From Azolla caroliniana (taxonomy: Eukaryota; Plantae; Polypodiophyta), in the NCBI GenBank assembly GCA_043228905.1, contig JBHGNT010000020.1, positions 15,066,001 through 15,130,000 of the forward strand: DNA of 64,000 nucleotides. Direction: 5' to 3'. The position numbers and the translations under genes are program-made. Under the pieces are notes generated by a model, which saw nothing but the letters and a program-made list of their open reading frames with translations, did no database searches and was not told the origin of the DNA. Position 1 is the first letter of the stretch; each line of letters starts with the position of its first letter. Below, one piece after another: positions 24,375 through 36,498 of this stretch.

Positions 24375-27300
24375 TGAGGTTGGATCCTAGTGTCAACCTC
24401 TGTGGCAGTCGGTTCTTCCATCCGACTTCTCCTGGCGTCGTTCCGCCTTGCTCGCGATCCTCATCCGATCAGGTTCTGTTTGCCGCGACCCCTCTTGTTC
24501 TGCGCACCTCGACCTCCTCAATCGGCTTGTCTGCTCAACAGGCCCAATTCAGCTCCCTTGCTGCTGTGACTTCGGCGCGTTTTGCTTCGTCGATCCCTCC
24601 GTGTTGGCGTCGACTTTCACTGCCTTCTCGTCCTATTGGCCTTGAATTGATTCGGTTCTTCCGAATCTGCCTATTGAACCGAATCGATTGTCTCCGATTC
24701 GTTCCGGCTAATCCAAACCCCATTTTTGGAATGGATCGACCACCCGAAAGCTTCAACTCTAACAAGAGTTGAACAATATTCGGCAAAAACATATGTCTGT
24801 GTCAGGCCACACTGCCAAGATCAAGGGCATTTGCGACTCCCTTGGCTCCATCAACATCAACGTCAATCAAGACGAGATGGTTCAAGTATGCTTGGGCGGC
24901 CTCGCACAACGATTCAACTCGTTGAGGATGGAAAACTTAGCAAGGGAAAACCCTCCTTCTTTCTTCGACCTTCAATCAATGTTATTAGTCTAAGAGAACC
25001 ATGTACAAACAAAAAGCAAGACATCGGAAGGACAAATGTTCTTCTCGAATTCAGATGGTGGCTGAGAACGAGGACGAGGCGGTAGAAGAGGTTGATTTGA
25101 CCCAAACCTTCAACAACAAGACGGAAGCCATCGAGGAACCTTCAGAAGAAGGGCAAGCTTCCATGCCGAGCAAGGTCGCAAATGAGGCCCGCAACTTGCA
25201 ACTATTGCATCAAAATCGGCCACCGCGAAGAGTGTCGGAAAAAGAGAAGTGAGTCGGGTTTGACAAGCCGACAACTCACAAATTACGCCAACAACTCCGA
25301 ATACAACGACTACAGTGGTCTATTCGTAATGAGACATAGAGCAAACTCTATGTCGGTCTCCGACTCCACGAGCACCTCCAACTCGGAAAACGTGTGATTC
25401 GTTGACACCACCGCTTCGCATCATATGACTCACACTAAGAGTGGTCCCGTGACCTAAGAACGCCAGACCGACCCGGCTTAATAGAGACGGGAGATGACAC
25501 CACACATCCCATTCGGCACATCGGCAATATCCCATTCGAGAAAGAAGGTGACGAAACTTGCATAAAAAATGTCTTGCATGTACCCACTATAACAAAGAGT
25601 TTGTTCTCGGTCGGCCAAATCGTGGAGCAAGGTATGCAAGTTCATTCAACAACGAAGGTTGCTTCATCGAAAATATGGCCAACTCATAGTTAAAGGATGG
25701 AGAGACAGTTGAATGTTCATCCTCAATTCGAACGAGGTGAAATCAGCCATGTATGCCAAAGGTCTCAAAACCGAGACACGTATCGAGTTGTGGCACAAGA
25801 AAATCAGCCACATCAACCTCCAACGGCTCCGGGCTATACAAACAAAGGGAGTCATCATCGGACTTCCAACATTCGAGTCGAAACGAGTCGATCGAGTATG
25901 TGAAGCGTGTCAACTCGGCAAACAACATCGACTCTCATTCCCAAAGGAGAGCTACGCAACCAAAGGCTTAATCGACGTCATACACTTGGCTATATGGGGA
26001 CCAGCTCAAACACCAACGATCGGCGGATGCCGTTACTACGTCACCTTCATCAACGACTACTCCTGCTACACGTGGATCTTCCCTATAAAGAAGCAGAGCA
26101 AAGTGCTCTCTCATTTCCAAAAGCTCAAGAGCCTAAGTCGAAAGAGAAACCGATCGACACATTCGATGCCTACGATCGGATGGAGGCAAGGAGTTCTTCT
26201 CTGATGAGTTCACCTCCTACCTCCAAGGTGAAGGCATTTGGAGAGAATTCTCGTGCCGACACACACCACAACAAAATGGAGTAGCCAAAAGGAAGAATCG
26301 GCAAATACTCGAGGTAGCATGCGCCATGATACATGAGAAGCACATGCTAAACTTCTATTGGGCCGAAGTGGCATCCACGGCCGTCTATCTCATGAATCGA
26401 TGCACCACTAATGGAGTGCATGAGCTAACTCCATACAAGCTCGCATACAAGTCCTATAACCCTTCGATCCGAGCGGTTCGGGTGAGTCAAGACGTAGTCT
26501 TCGACGAATCGGCATCATGGTATAAGCTCGATTCGGCTCCACCCGACCCACTCGAGGAAGCGTTGAACGTCAACTCGGAGGACGATATTTGGACAATTCC
26601 TCTACCACATGACAATCCAAACCCACCTAAGCCTTCAAACATTCCAAGAAAATTGCGGCCAAGTATGACCTTGGACAAAGGCAAAGGTAAGATGCCCAAA
26701 TACGAAGTCGACCACCCCGACGAAAGAGATTCAGATGAGTGGGCTCGATCACTAGACAGTGAGTTTGGTGTACCCATCATGCGGGCACCTGGAGTAAAGA
26801 AAGCGCTCACATCGGCAAGCGAAAAACTTTGACGCTCATCTAGAGAGAAGAACCTCATCACTCGGCTCGGCTAAAACGAGTACATGGCCCATCATTATGC
26901 CTTCGCGATGAAGGTCGCAGTCGAACAAGAGCCCGAGAGCTCTATAGAAGTGGCTTGAGACCCACGATGGGTGAAAGCAGTCGACCCAAGCCTTCGTCAG
27001 AGGCTTGAGGGGGAGGAACCAAAACTGCCACGAAAATACTGACATCGAAAGCTCCACAGAAGCCGACATCGAAAGCCGGACAACGTCGAAAGCAAAACCA
27101 GATGTCGAACACCTCACACTTGAGCTTGAGGGTGCGTGTTGAGATATCAAGCTCAACTTAGTTTACTCATTTAGTCAACACACGTAACTTAGTAGTTACC
27201 TAGATAGAATCTAGTTAGTGTGTTAACCTTAAAGCCTTAAATAGGATTTTGTACTTGAGTGGGATACATTGTAGATCCTCCACTCCCATGTTCATTTAAT

Positions 27301-27571
27301 ATAGGACTTACACGATTGTACCTATATTCTACTCACACGTGCACCTTTGCACATGAGATGCATAGATACCTCATTGTGGGTTATTTTGTATTTGATGTTG
27401 ATGCTTTTAATATAGTTAATCATCTCCCATCTTGTCTCGTTATTCATAGTGTTAACTTCCTCTCTCTCTTCCTCTCACACACATACACACACATATCACA
27501 TAATCTTCCACTTAGCTTAATCACATAATTAGGTACTAATTAACTCTTGCTTAGTTACCTAATTCTTAACA
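24375..27571 (+). mobile_element. Element E: internally deleted copia relic (partial gag, protease, integrase; RT largely missing; PPT; 3' LTR 27137-27571)
   Basis: Gag KIKGICDSLGSIN, CNYC knuckle remnant, FVDTTASHH protease, WHKKISH...CEAC, QQNGVAKRKNR; PPT GCTTGAGGGTGCG followed by TGTTGAG...TTAACA. Confidence 0.85.
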
Positions 27572-27976
27572 AATATATACAAAGGGTTGTCTATATCTGT
27601 CTCCGCCGGCGTTGAATGTGTTTCTCTTCCTTTCCGGTTTCTGTGCACCAGTATCTCTCTTGTTCAGCTGCCTCCAATACGTATCCGGAAACGCTCCAGT
27701 CGGTGCCACAACCGGTGTAACAAATACCGGCAAAGCTCGATCTCCCGGCATCCATCTCTTCTTGGTCCGAGACTTCAGTGGTCCCGCCCCATTTTAACAA
27801 ATACTCGCAAATTTCCGCAACAACGTTGTATGTGATGCATGTCAATTTGTGCAAGGATGAAGCAAACATGGCAGTCGACTCGAGTGGAGAGTTATGGCAC
27901 AAGAGGCTTGGCCACATGAGCGAGAGAGGTATGCATATCCTAGCCGACCATAAACTTCTTCCAGAAGTAAAAGGAG

Positions 27977-28246
27977 TGTTGCAAACGGTGCTCGGCCACA
28001 ACCGAGGAATAGGATCAACTCTCTGAAAATGGGAAATACAAAGTACACGAAGACTATAGAGAGAGGAGTACACAGGATATTTTACGTGGAAAAAAAAAAC
28101 CCTAAATGGGAAAAAACCACGGGAGTCCTCAAACTCCAACTATCACTATGAACAGGGATGTACAATGATGAAGCTTCAAGGCAACAACCTTGAGCTCACT
28201 GTCTTCGCCACAGGCGGCGGCAATACACAGAGGCAACGACCTCTTC

Positions 28247-28278
<32 letters not shown>

Positions 28279-31200
28279 ACTGCTCTCACTTTTCGCATAA
28301 AATGAGCAACAACATTGAACTGTTTGCCCTAAGTCATATTTATACACATATGACTTTTCGGGCTATTTACAAATATAGCCACAAGGGCCCTTGGCAAACA
28401 TATTCACAAATATGTCCCCGCATCCGGATCTCTCTCCGGGTACATTCATCATCCGGCTCCGTAGCCGGGGTCTTCGTCATCCGGCTCCGTAGCCGGGGTC
28501 TTCATCCGGCTTCATGCCGGGTACCCTTCATCCTCCGGTTCCGTAACAGCCTCCGGACTTGCCGTCATTCATCTCCGGACATCCCATCCGGAGGGACCGA
28601 AATCCCAACAAACTCCCCCTTCACTTCGGCATGGGATGTCTCTCCAACCCGATCCTCTTCCGGCATGCTTCCAGCTTGTCGGGTGTGAGCACCTTGGTCA
28701 GCATATCCGACCCGTTCTCGTCCGTGTGGATCTTCGTCAGCACGAACTCCTGGTCTTCTATCCTTTCCCGGATCCAGTGGTATCTTCGCTGGATGTGCTT
28801 CGTCCGGGAGTGATAGGCCGCGTTCTTCGCAAGGTGGATGGCACTCTGACTGTCGCAGTAGAGTCGGTACTCCACCTGCCGGATACCGAGCTCTCTAATG
28901 AAGTCCTTCATCCATATTATTTCCTTGCCGGCTTCAACAGCCGCCATGTACTCCGCCTCCGTGGTTGACAGTGCAACCGTCTTCTGCAGCCTCGACTGCC
29001 ATGAAACAGCTCCCCCTGCATACGTCATCACATAACCTGATGTGGACCGGCTGGTATCTGCATCAGCCGACATATCCGAATCGGTGAAGCCATCGAGTTC
29101 GGGCTTACCGGAGCCGAATCGGAGGCACACATTTGCCGTGCCCTTCAGGTATCGGAGTGTCCACTTGACCGCGTTCCAGTGCTCTTTGCCGGGATTGCTC
29201 ATGTACCGGCTCACCACTCCGACTGCATATCCTATGTCCGGTCTTGTACACACCATTGCGTACATCAAGCTTCCGACGGCAGAGGCATATGGTACTTTCA
29301 TCATATCCTCCTTCTCAGCCTTTGTCTTGGGGCTTTGCTTGCTGGACAACTTGCAGTTTGCCGGGAGGGTCGATCCGACCGGTCTTGCTTCCGACATGTT
29401 GAACCGTTTAAGCACCTTTGTCACGTACTTCTCCTGTGACAGCCACAACTGCTTCTTGCTTCGGTCCCGGATGATGTGCATCCCTAGTATTTGTCTCGCC
29501 GGACCCAAGTCCTTCATTGAGAAGGTTCGGTGAAGAGCCTTCTTCAGCATCCGTATCTTGACCTGGTCCCGTCCGACGATCAACATGTCGTCCACATACA
29601 GGAGGAGTATTAGAAAGTCTCCTCCTTCGAACTTCTTCACAAACACGCAGTGGTCGGACTGCGTTTTGAGGTACCCTTCGTCGGTCATGAAGGAGTCGAA
29701 CTTCCGGTACCATTGCCGGGGAGCCTGCTTCAATCCGTAAAGACTCTTCTTCAACCGGCATACCAGGTGCTCCTTCCCTTTCTTCTCGAATCCTTCCGGT
29801 TGCTGCATGTAGATCTCTTCTTCGAGGTCACCGTGAAGGAATGCCGTCTTCACGTCCATCTGTTCTACCTCGAGGTCCATGCTTGCCGCTATGCTCAGCA
29901 CCGTCCGGATGGAGGTCATCTTCACTACCGGGGCGAATATCTCGTCGAAGTCGACGCCCTTCTTCTGTTGAAACCCCTTCACCACGATCCTGGCTTTGTA
30001 TCTCGGGGGGTTTCCGGCATCTCCCGGTTTCAGCTTGAACACCCACTTGTTTCGAAGTGCCCGCTTTCCTTTCGGCAACTCCACAAGTTCATATGTGTGG
30101 TTCTCATGCAGGGAATCCATCTCGTCCTGCATGGCACTCAACCACCTGCGGCTCTGGGTGTCATGCTTTGCTTCTTCAAAGTTCTCCGGCTCCCCTTCGT
30201 CGGTTAGCAGCACGTGCTCTGGTGCCGGAAATCTCCGGGGGGCCCTTCTCTCTCTTAGAGGATATCTCCGTTCCGGAGCTTCGGTAACCGGTTCTTCCGA
30301 TTCTTCTTCATCCGAATCCACTTCGGGATCGGGGCCGGTTCCGGTATCATTTTCATCTTCTTCGGCCGGTTCTGTTTCTTCACCGTCTTCGGCCGGGTCC
30401 TCGAGTGCTAACCGGTCCCTTGCCGGTCGGGACTGCCCCTCGTAGAGTTTATCCTCACCGGTCGACTTGGAGCTCTTCATCTTCTTCTCCGACTCCCAGT
30501 CGGCGAGTGTCTTGTCCTCCATGAAGATGATATCTCGACTCCTGAATATCTTCTTGTCGACCGGGTCCCATACTCGGTAGCCGAACTCGTCGTCGCCGTA
30601 ACCGAGGAATATGCATGGCCGGGTCTTTGGATCTAGCTTTCCTCTCCGGTCCTTTGCCACATGCACGTATGCGAGACACCCGAACACCTTCAGATGCCGG
30701 TAGGATACTTCCCTACCGGTCCACACTCTCTGCGGCGTGTCTCCGTCCAAAGGTACTGAGGGTGATCTGTTTATCACATATGTCGCCGTCGACATTGCCT
30801 CAGCCCAAAACCCCTTGGGTAATTTCGCATGCGCCAGCATACTCCGGACCCTCTCCATTATGGTCCGGTTCATCCTCTCGGCCAGCCCGTTCAGTTCCGG
30901 CGTCTTCGGCACAGTAAACTCGAGTCGGATTCCCTTCGAGCGACAGTACTCCTGGAACTGCCCTCGGTATTCCCCTCCGTTATCCGCTCGTATCGCTTTC
31001 AGCTTCTTGCCGGATTCCCTTTCCACTCTCGCGTGGAGTTCTTTGAAGACAGACAATACTTGGTCCTTTGTCTTCAATGGTGCCGTCCACAGCTTCCGGC
31101 TATGATCATCAATGAATGTTACGAAGTACTGGGCTCCGCCATGTGACTTCGTTTCTACCTGACACACGTCGGTGTGCACCAACTCCAATGGTGCGCTACG

Positions 31201-32995
31201 TCTCGTCGGTGGCCTTGAGTGGAAGGAGGTTCGGTTCTGCTTACCGGCCAGGCAATCGGTGCACTTCTCCAGGTGCACATGCTTCACTGGAATGAGGTTG
31301 TCTTCTGCAAGCCTCTTCATCCCCTTCTCGCTCATGTGGCACAGTCTCTTGTGCCACAGCTCACCGGCAGTGTCGGCTGCCACGTTCAGCTCCTCCGGAC
31401 ATAGCCGGGAATTCATCAGGTACAGTGTGTTGACCTTCCGGGCCCGAGCCACTATCAGGCTCCCTTTGCTGAACTTCATGACACCGTTCCGGATGCTACC
31501 CGTGTAGCCTTCATCGTCTAGCCTCCCGGCCGAAATCAGGTTCAATCGAACCTCCGGAACGTGTCGAACATCCTTCAGCAGCATTTTGCATCCGGTCGAG
31601 GTTGTCAACCACACATCTCCTATGCCGGCAATCCGGCACGTACCTTCATTTCCCATCCGAACACAGCCATGCTCACCGGCTGTGTAGGATGAGAAGTATT
31701 TCTTCTCCGGGGTCAGGTGGAACGACGCTCCGGAATCGACCACCCAGGTCATCTCTTCACCGGCAAGGTTCAGCTCCCTCTCTTCGGTAATGAGCATTAT
31801 CTCTTCTTCACTTGCCGCGAGTGCCGTCGTTCCTTTCCGGTCCTGCCCTCGCCGATCCGGACCTCTCCGGTCCGTGGCTCCCCGGTATGCACCGTTTCTC
31901 TCCGGTGACTTCTTCGAATCGGTGTCGTCGGCTCCGTTGTCTTTTCGGTAATGCCGACAATTCTTCCGGAAGTGCCCCGGCTTCCCACAGTGGAAGCATG
32001 TGGGTCTTCCTCTTGACTGCGACCGGGTCCCCGACTTCTCCCGTCTTTGCGGACTTCGGTTCCATTGTCTTCCCCGTTCCGATTCGGTAAGCAGCGCCTT
32101 CGAGTCGGAGGCCGGTTCTTTATCTCTCCGACGCGCTTCTTCGTTCAAAATACTTGTCTTTACCGTTTGTAGAGACAAGTTATCTTCGGTGCAGGAGGTG
32201 CTGAGAGTCACCACCAGGTTCTCCCAGCTATCCGGCAATGTACACATCAGGATGATGGCTTGCATTGCATCCTCCAACGGGAACTTGATCGCCGCAAGCT
32301 GATTCACGAATCCCATGAACGTGCTTACGTGTTCCACCATACTCTCGCCGTCCCGGTACTTGAGGTTCACTATCTTTCTCATCAGGGAGGTCCGGTTCAA
32401 CGCATTCTTCCTCTCGTAGAGGCCCGACAGCTTTCGCCACATCTCATATGCGTTGGTGTCGTTCGCCACGTGTTGTAGAACACTCACGTCGACGTATTGC
32501 CGAATGGTTGCAACGGCTTTCCGGTTCAGAAGCCTCCATTCCGACTCAAGTACCCCCTTCGGTATTTCCGACCTGTCAATCGGTTCGTACAGATCCCGAA
32601 CAATCAGAAGATCCTCCATCTTGATCTTCCAGTCGGCGTAGTTCTGCGCATTCAGCACCATCATCCCCGGCTGCCCGCTGCTGCCGCCTTCCATTTTCTG
32701 TGTTACCGTCGCTCTGATACCACTTTGTTGCAAACGGTGCTCGGCCACAACCGAGGAATAGGATCAACTCTCTGAAAATGGGAAATACAAAGTACACGAA
32801 GACTATAGAGAGAGGAGTACACAGGATATTTTACGTGGAAAAAAAAAACCCTAAATGGGAAAAAACCACGGGAGTCCTCAAACTCCAACTATCACTATGA
32901 ACAGGGATGTACAATGATGAAGCTTCAAGGCAACAACCTTGAGCTCACTGTCTTCGCCACAGGCGGCGGCAATACACAGAGGCAACGACCTCTTC

Positions 32996-33033
<38 letters not shown>

Positions 33034-33393
33034 ACTGCTCTCACTTTTCGCATAAAATGAGCAACAACATTGAACTGTTTGCCCTAAGTCATATTTATAC
33101 ACATATGACTTTTCGGGCTATTTACAAATATAGCCACAAGGGCCCTTGGCAAACATATTCACAAATATGTCCCCGCATCCGGATCTCTCTCCGGGTACAT
33201 TCATCATCCGGCTCCGTAGCCGGGGTCTTCGTCATCCGGCTCCGTAGTCGGGGTCTTCGTCATCCGGCTCCGTAGCCGGGGTCTTCATCCGGCTTCATGC
33301 CGGGTACCCTTCATCCTCCGGTTCCGTAACAGCCTCCGGACTTGCCGTCATTCATCTCCGGACATCCCATCCGGAGGGACCGAAATCCCAACA
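27977..33393 (-). mobile_element. Element H: intact, very recent Ty1/copia (Tnt1-like) LTR retrotransposon
   Basis: LTRs 27977-28610 and 32726-33393; perfect TSD AGGAG; perfect PBS(Met) at 32711-32722; PPT at 28611-28623; uninterrupted polyprotein. Confidence 0.98.
28621..32694 (-). CDS. Gag-Pol polyprotein (1357 aa from ATG 32694): Gag, CCHC knuckle, protease, integrase, RT, RNase H
   Basis: CFHCGKPGHFRKNC, VVDSGASFH, HHCC zinc motif, DNGGEY/PELNGLAER, LLYVDD, TDSD...EAEY...CDSQ; copia domain order. Confidence 0.97.
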   Translation of the reverse strand: MEGGSSGQPGMMVLNAQNYADWKIKMEDLLIVRDLYEPIDRSEIPKGVLESEWRLLNRKAVATIRQYVDVSVLQHVANDTNAYEMWRKLSGLYERKNALNRTSLMRKIVNLKYRDGESMVEHVSTFMGFVNQLAAIKFPLEDAMQAIILMCTLPDSWENLVVTLSTSCTEDNLSLQTVKTSILNEEARRRDKEPASDSKALLTESERGRQWNRSPQRREKSGTRSQSRGRPTCFHCGKPGHFRKNCRHYRKDNGADDTDSKKSPERNGAYRGATDRRGPDRRGQDRKGTTALAASEEEIMLITEERELNLAGEEMTWVVDSGASFHLTPEKKYFSSYTAGEHGCVRMGNEGTCRIAGIGDVWLTTSTGCKMLLKDVRHVPEVRLNLISAGRLDDEGYTGSIRNGVMKFSKGSLIVARARKVNTLYLMNSRLCPEELNVAADTAGELWHKRLCHMSEKGMKRLAEDNLIPVKHVHLEKCTDCLAGKQNRTSFHSRPPTRRSAPLELVHTDVCQVETKSHGGAQYFVTFIDDHSRKLWTAPLKTKDQVLSVFKELHARVERESGKKLKAIRADNGGEYRGQFQEYCRSKGIRLEFTVPKTPELNGLAERMNRTIMERVRSMLAHAKLPKGFWAEAMSTATYVINRSPSVPLDGDTPQRVWTGREVSYRHLKVFGCLAYVHVAKDRRGKLDPKTRPCIFLGYGDDEFGYRVWDPVDKKIFRSRDIIFMEDKTLADWESEKKMKSSKSTGEDKLYEGQSRPARDRLALEDPAEDGEETEPAEEDENDTGTGPDPEVDSDEEESEEPVTEAPERRYPLRERRAPRRFPAPEHVLLTDEGEPENFEEAKHDTQSRRWLSAMQDEMDSLHENHTYELVELPKGKRALRNKWVFKLKPGDAGNPPRYKARIVVKGFQQKKGVDFDEIFAPVVKMTSIRTVLSIAASMDLEVEQMDVKTAFLHGDLEEEIYMQQPEGFEKKGKEHLVCRLKKSLYGLKQAPRQWYRKFDSFMTDEGYLKTQSDHCVFVKKFEGGDFLILLLYVDDMLIVGRDQVKIRMLKKALHRTFSMKDLGPARQILGMHIIRDRSKKQLWLSQEKYVTKVLKRFNMSEARPVGSTLPANCKLSSKQSPKTKAEKEDMMKVPYASAVGSLMYAMVCTRPDIGYAVGVVSRYMSNPGKEHWNAVKWTLRYLKGTANVCLRFGSGKPELDGFTDSDMSADADTSRSTSGYVMTYAGGAVSWQSRLQKTVALSTTEAEYMAAVEAGKEIIWMKDFIRELGIRQVEYRLYCDSQSAIHLAKNAAYHSRTKHIQRRYHWIRERIEDQEFVLTKIHTDENGSDMLTKVLTPDKLEACRKRIGLERHPMPK

Positions 33394-34092
33394 AGGAGTG
33401 CACTTGGAGAGATGTGTCGACTGCCTAGTCGGAAAGCATAATAGAGTTTCATTCTACTCGAGACCACCAAAGAGAAGAGAAGGTGCACTGGAAGTGGTAC
33501 ACACGGATGTGTGCTACGTAGATTTACATTGTGGCAGACAGTACTTCATAACATTTATTGATGACTATAGTCAATAGTTGTGGGCTTTCATACTAAAGTC
33601 GAAGGATCAAGTATTGTCGTTCTTCAAAGAGTTTCAAGCTAGAGCTAAAAGGGAGTTGGGTGGGAAGTTGAAGGTTGTCCAAACCAGCAATGGTGACGAG
33701 TACAAAGGACGGTTCAAAGAGTATTGCAAGTCCCAAGGTATTGAACTCCAATATACAATTCCTAAGACCCTTGAGCTGAATGGACTTGCAAAGAGGATGA
33801 ATCGAACTATCATGGAAAGAGTGAGTAGCATGTTGTTGCATGCAAAGTTGTCAAAATTGTATTGGGTTGAGGCAATGTACACAATTGTTTATTTGATCAA
33901 CAGGTCTCCCTCACTCCCCTAAAAGGTGATGTTCCACAAAGGGTGTGGACAAGTAAAGATGTCTCCTATCAACACTTGAAGGTGTATGGATGTCTGGCAT
34001 ATATGCATGTAACAAAGGATCAGAGGTCGAAGCTCGACAGCAACTCGAAACAATGCATATTCCTGGGGTACTCGGAGAATGTATTCGGCTAC

Positions 34093-34362
34093 AGGTTGTG
34101 GGATTTACTCGACAAGAAAGTGGTGAGGAGTCAGAACATTGTGTTCTTGGAAGACAAGACAATTAAGGACTGGAAACAACAGAAGACGGAACCGGCTCCC
34201 CAGTCGATTCCCACTACTGTTGACTCAAGGTTGTGGGATTTACTCGACAAGAAAGTGGTGAGGAGTCAGAACATTGTGTTCTTGGAAGACAAGACAATCA
34301 AGGACTGGAAACAACAGAAGACGGAACCGGCTCCCCAGTCGATTCCCACTACTGTTGACTCA
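34093..34362 (+). repeat. 135-bp in-frame tandem duplication within element G
   Basis: RLWDLLDKK...TTVDS appears twice with one mismatch; AG microhomology at the junction. Confidence 0.95.
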
Positions 34363-36498
34363 AGACTAGTTGACCGTACACTATCGACTGAGAGGAGACA
34401 GTCAGTCAATACAGCCGAATTCGAGTTGGTCGACTCAGAGCAACCGACTAATACACATGAATCGGAGTAAACAAACGTATAGAAGTCAATTGAGGCATGT
34501 ATGAATGTGAGCCAAGTGAAGAGTCGGCAGAGACATCCGAACCTAAGCCGACTATGGGAGGTGGAAGATATCCACTTAGGCAAAGGATAGCACCCTCACG
34601 ATACGCCAGTCAATATTTTTTATTGACTAATGCGGATGAGCTAGAATGCTACGAGGAGGCCACAGAAGACGAGCGCAAGGAGAAATGGTAGAGTGCAATG
34701 CAAGATGAGATAGACTTCTTGCATGAGAACTTTGCTTACGACTTGGTGGAACTAACAAAAGGTAAGAGAGCCCTAAGAAACAAATGGGTCTTCAAGATGA
34801 AAAATGGGGAAGATGGCAACTCACCCAAATACAAGGCCTGAATAGTAGTAAAGGGGTTTCTGCAGAAGACAGGGGTCGATTTTAATGAGATCTTCGCACT
34901 AGTCGTAAAGATGATATCCATTCGAACAATGCTAGGTATTGCTGCTAGTATGAATCTGGAGATAGAGCAATTGGATATCAGACAGCATTCCTACGTGGGA
35001 AATTAGACAAAGAGATCTATATGCAACAGCCTAAAGGCTTTGTGGAGAAAGGAGAAGAGAATCTAGTGTGTCGACTAAAGAAAAGCTTGTATGGTCTAAA
35101 ACAAGCTCCACGCCAATGGTACAAGAAGTTCAAATCCTTCATGTTGGAACATGGGTTCCATAAAACACAAGATGATCATTGTGTGTTTGTCAAAAGGTAT
35201 GATGAGGGAGACTTCTTGATCCACTTGCGATATGTTGACGACATGTTAGTGGTCGGACAAGACACCAAGAAGATAGTGAGCTTGAAGAAAGCTCAAGGCA
35301 AGTCATTTTCCATGAAAGATCTTGGACCGACAAAGTAAATATTGGGGATGGACATAGTTCGTGACAGAACTAAGAACGTGCTATGGTTGTCACAACAGAA
35401 GTATGTGACAAAGATCCTGGAAAGATTCAACATGTCGGAAACAAAACCAATCGGGTCTGTGTTGCCGACCAATTGCAAGTTGAATGTTAAGCAATGTCCA
35501 AAAGTAAAGAAGGACAAGGCTGAGATAAGGAAAGTACCATATGCCTCGGCCGTCAACAATTTAATGTATGTTATAGTCTGTATGAGACCAGACATAGCAT
35601 TTGCAGTCGAAACAGTGAACCAATATATGAGTAATCCAGGTCGATAACACTGGGTAGCAATCGAGTGGATACTCAGGTACTTGAAAGGTGCCTCAAGGGT
35701 ATGCCTTAGGTATGGTTTCAGAAAACCTATGCTTAGAGGCTTTACCAATTCATACATGTCGGGGGACATAGACTCAAGTCGATCCACATCAGGTTATGTG
35801 ATGACCTATGCAAGGGGAGCAATGTCATGGCAGTCAAGAGTGCAGAAGACTATGGCTTTGTCGACCATATAGGAAGAATATATGGCTGTTGTAGAGGCTG
35901 GTAAAAAGCTTATATGGATGAGGATTTTTGTCAGTGAACACAGAATGAAGCAAGGAGAATTCTTGCTCCATTGTGATAGTTAGAGTGTCATACATCTAGC
36001 CAAGAATGTTGTGTATCCACTCTTGGACCAAGCAAATAAAGAGAAGGTATCACTGGTTATGAGAGAAGGTGAATGAGGGAGAGTTTACCCTTGTGAAGAT
36101 CCATATTGATGAAAATGGATCCGACATGGTTACGAAAGCACTACCTATGGACAGACTCAAAGTCTACCGACAAAAAGACAGGACTAGCCGACTCTGCCCA
36201 TAGGAGTGAAGGGGGAGTTTGTTAGGAATTTGTCCCTCCTATGGGAGAAGTCGACAGTCGAATCAGCAAACCAAATACATGATGGTCGATCGATTCGACC
36301 AGTGAGTCAATAGGGTGGTCGACTAGTTTTGAAGGAGATAGAGAGTTGACTATGATAGTCGACTCCATTGGATGGATGCTCCAAGACGAAGACAAAGTCG
36401 ACAAGTCAAGCCAACCGAATGGTCGAAGACAAGGCCGATCGGATAGTCAAAGACAAGGTCGACAAATCGGGTCGATTAATTATTATATACATTATATA

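Noticed and set aside
27760-27830. Chromodomain (EYLLKWGG)
   Set aside because: Only a short motif; the downstream conserved tryptophan and an adjacent gypsy integrase are missing.
32695-32748. N-terminal 18 aa of the 1375-aa ORF
   Set aside because: Overlaps the LTR/PBS and starts at a non-ATG codon; the homologous element A starts at MEGG.
28636-32797. Many overlapping short ORFs across element H
   Set aside because: Shadow ORFs of a GC-rich polyprotein gene.
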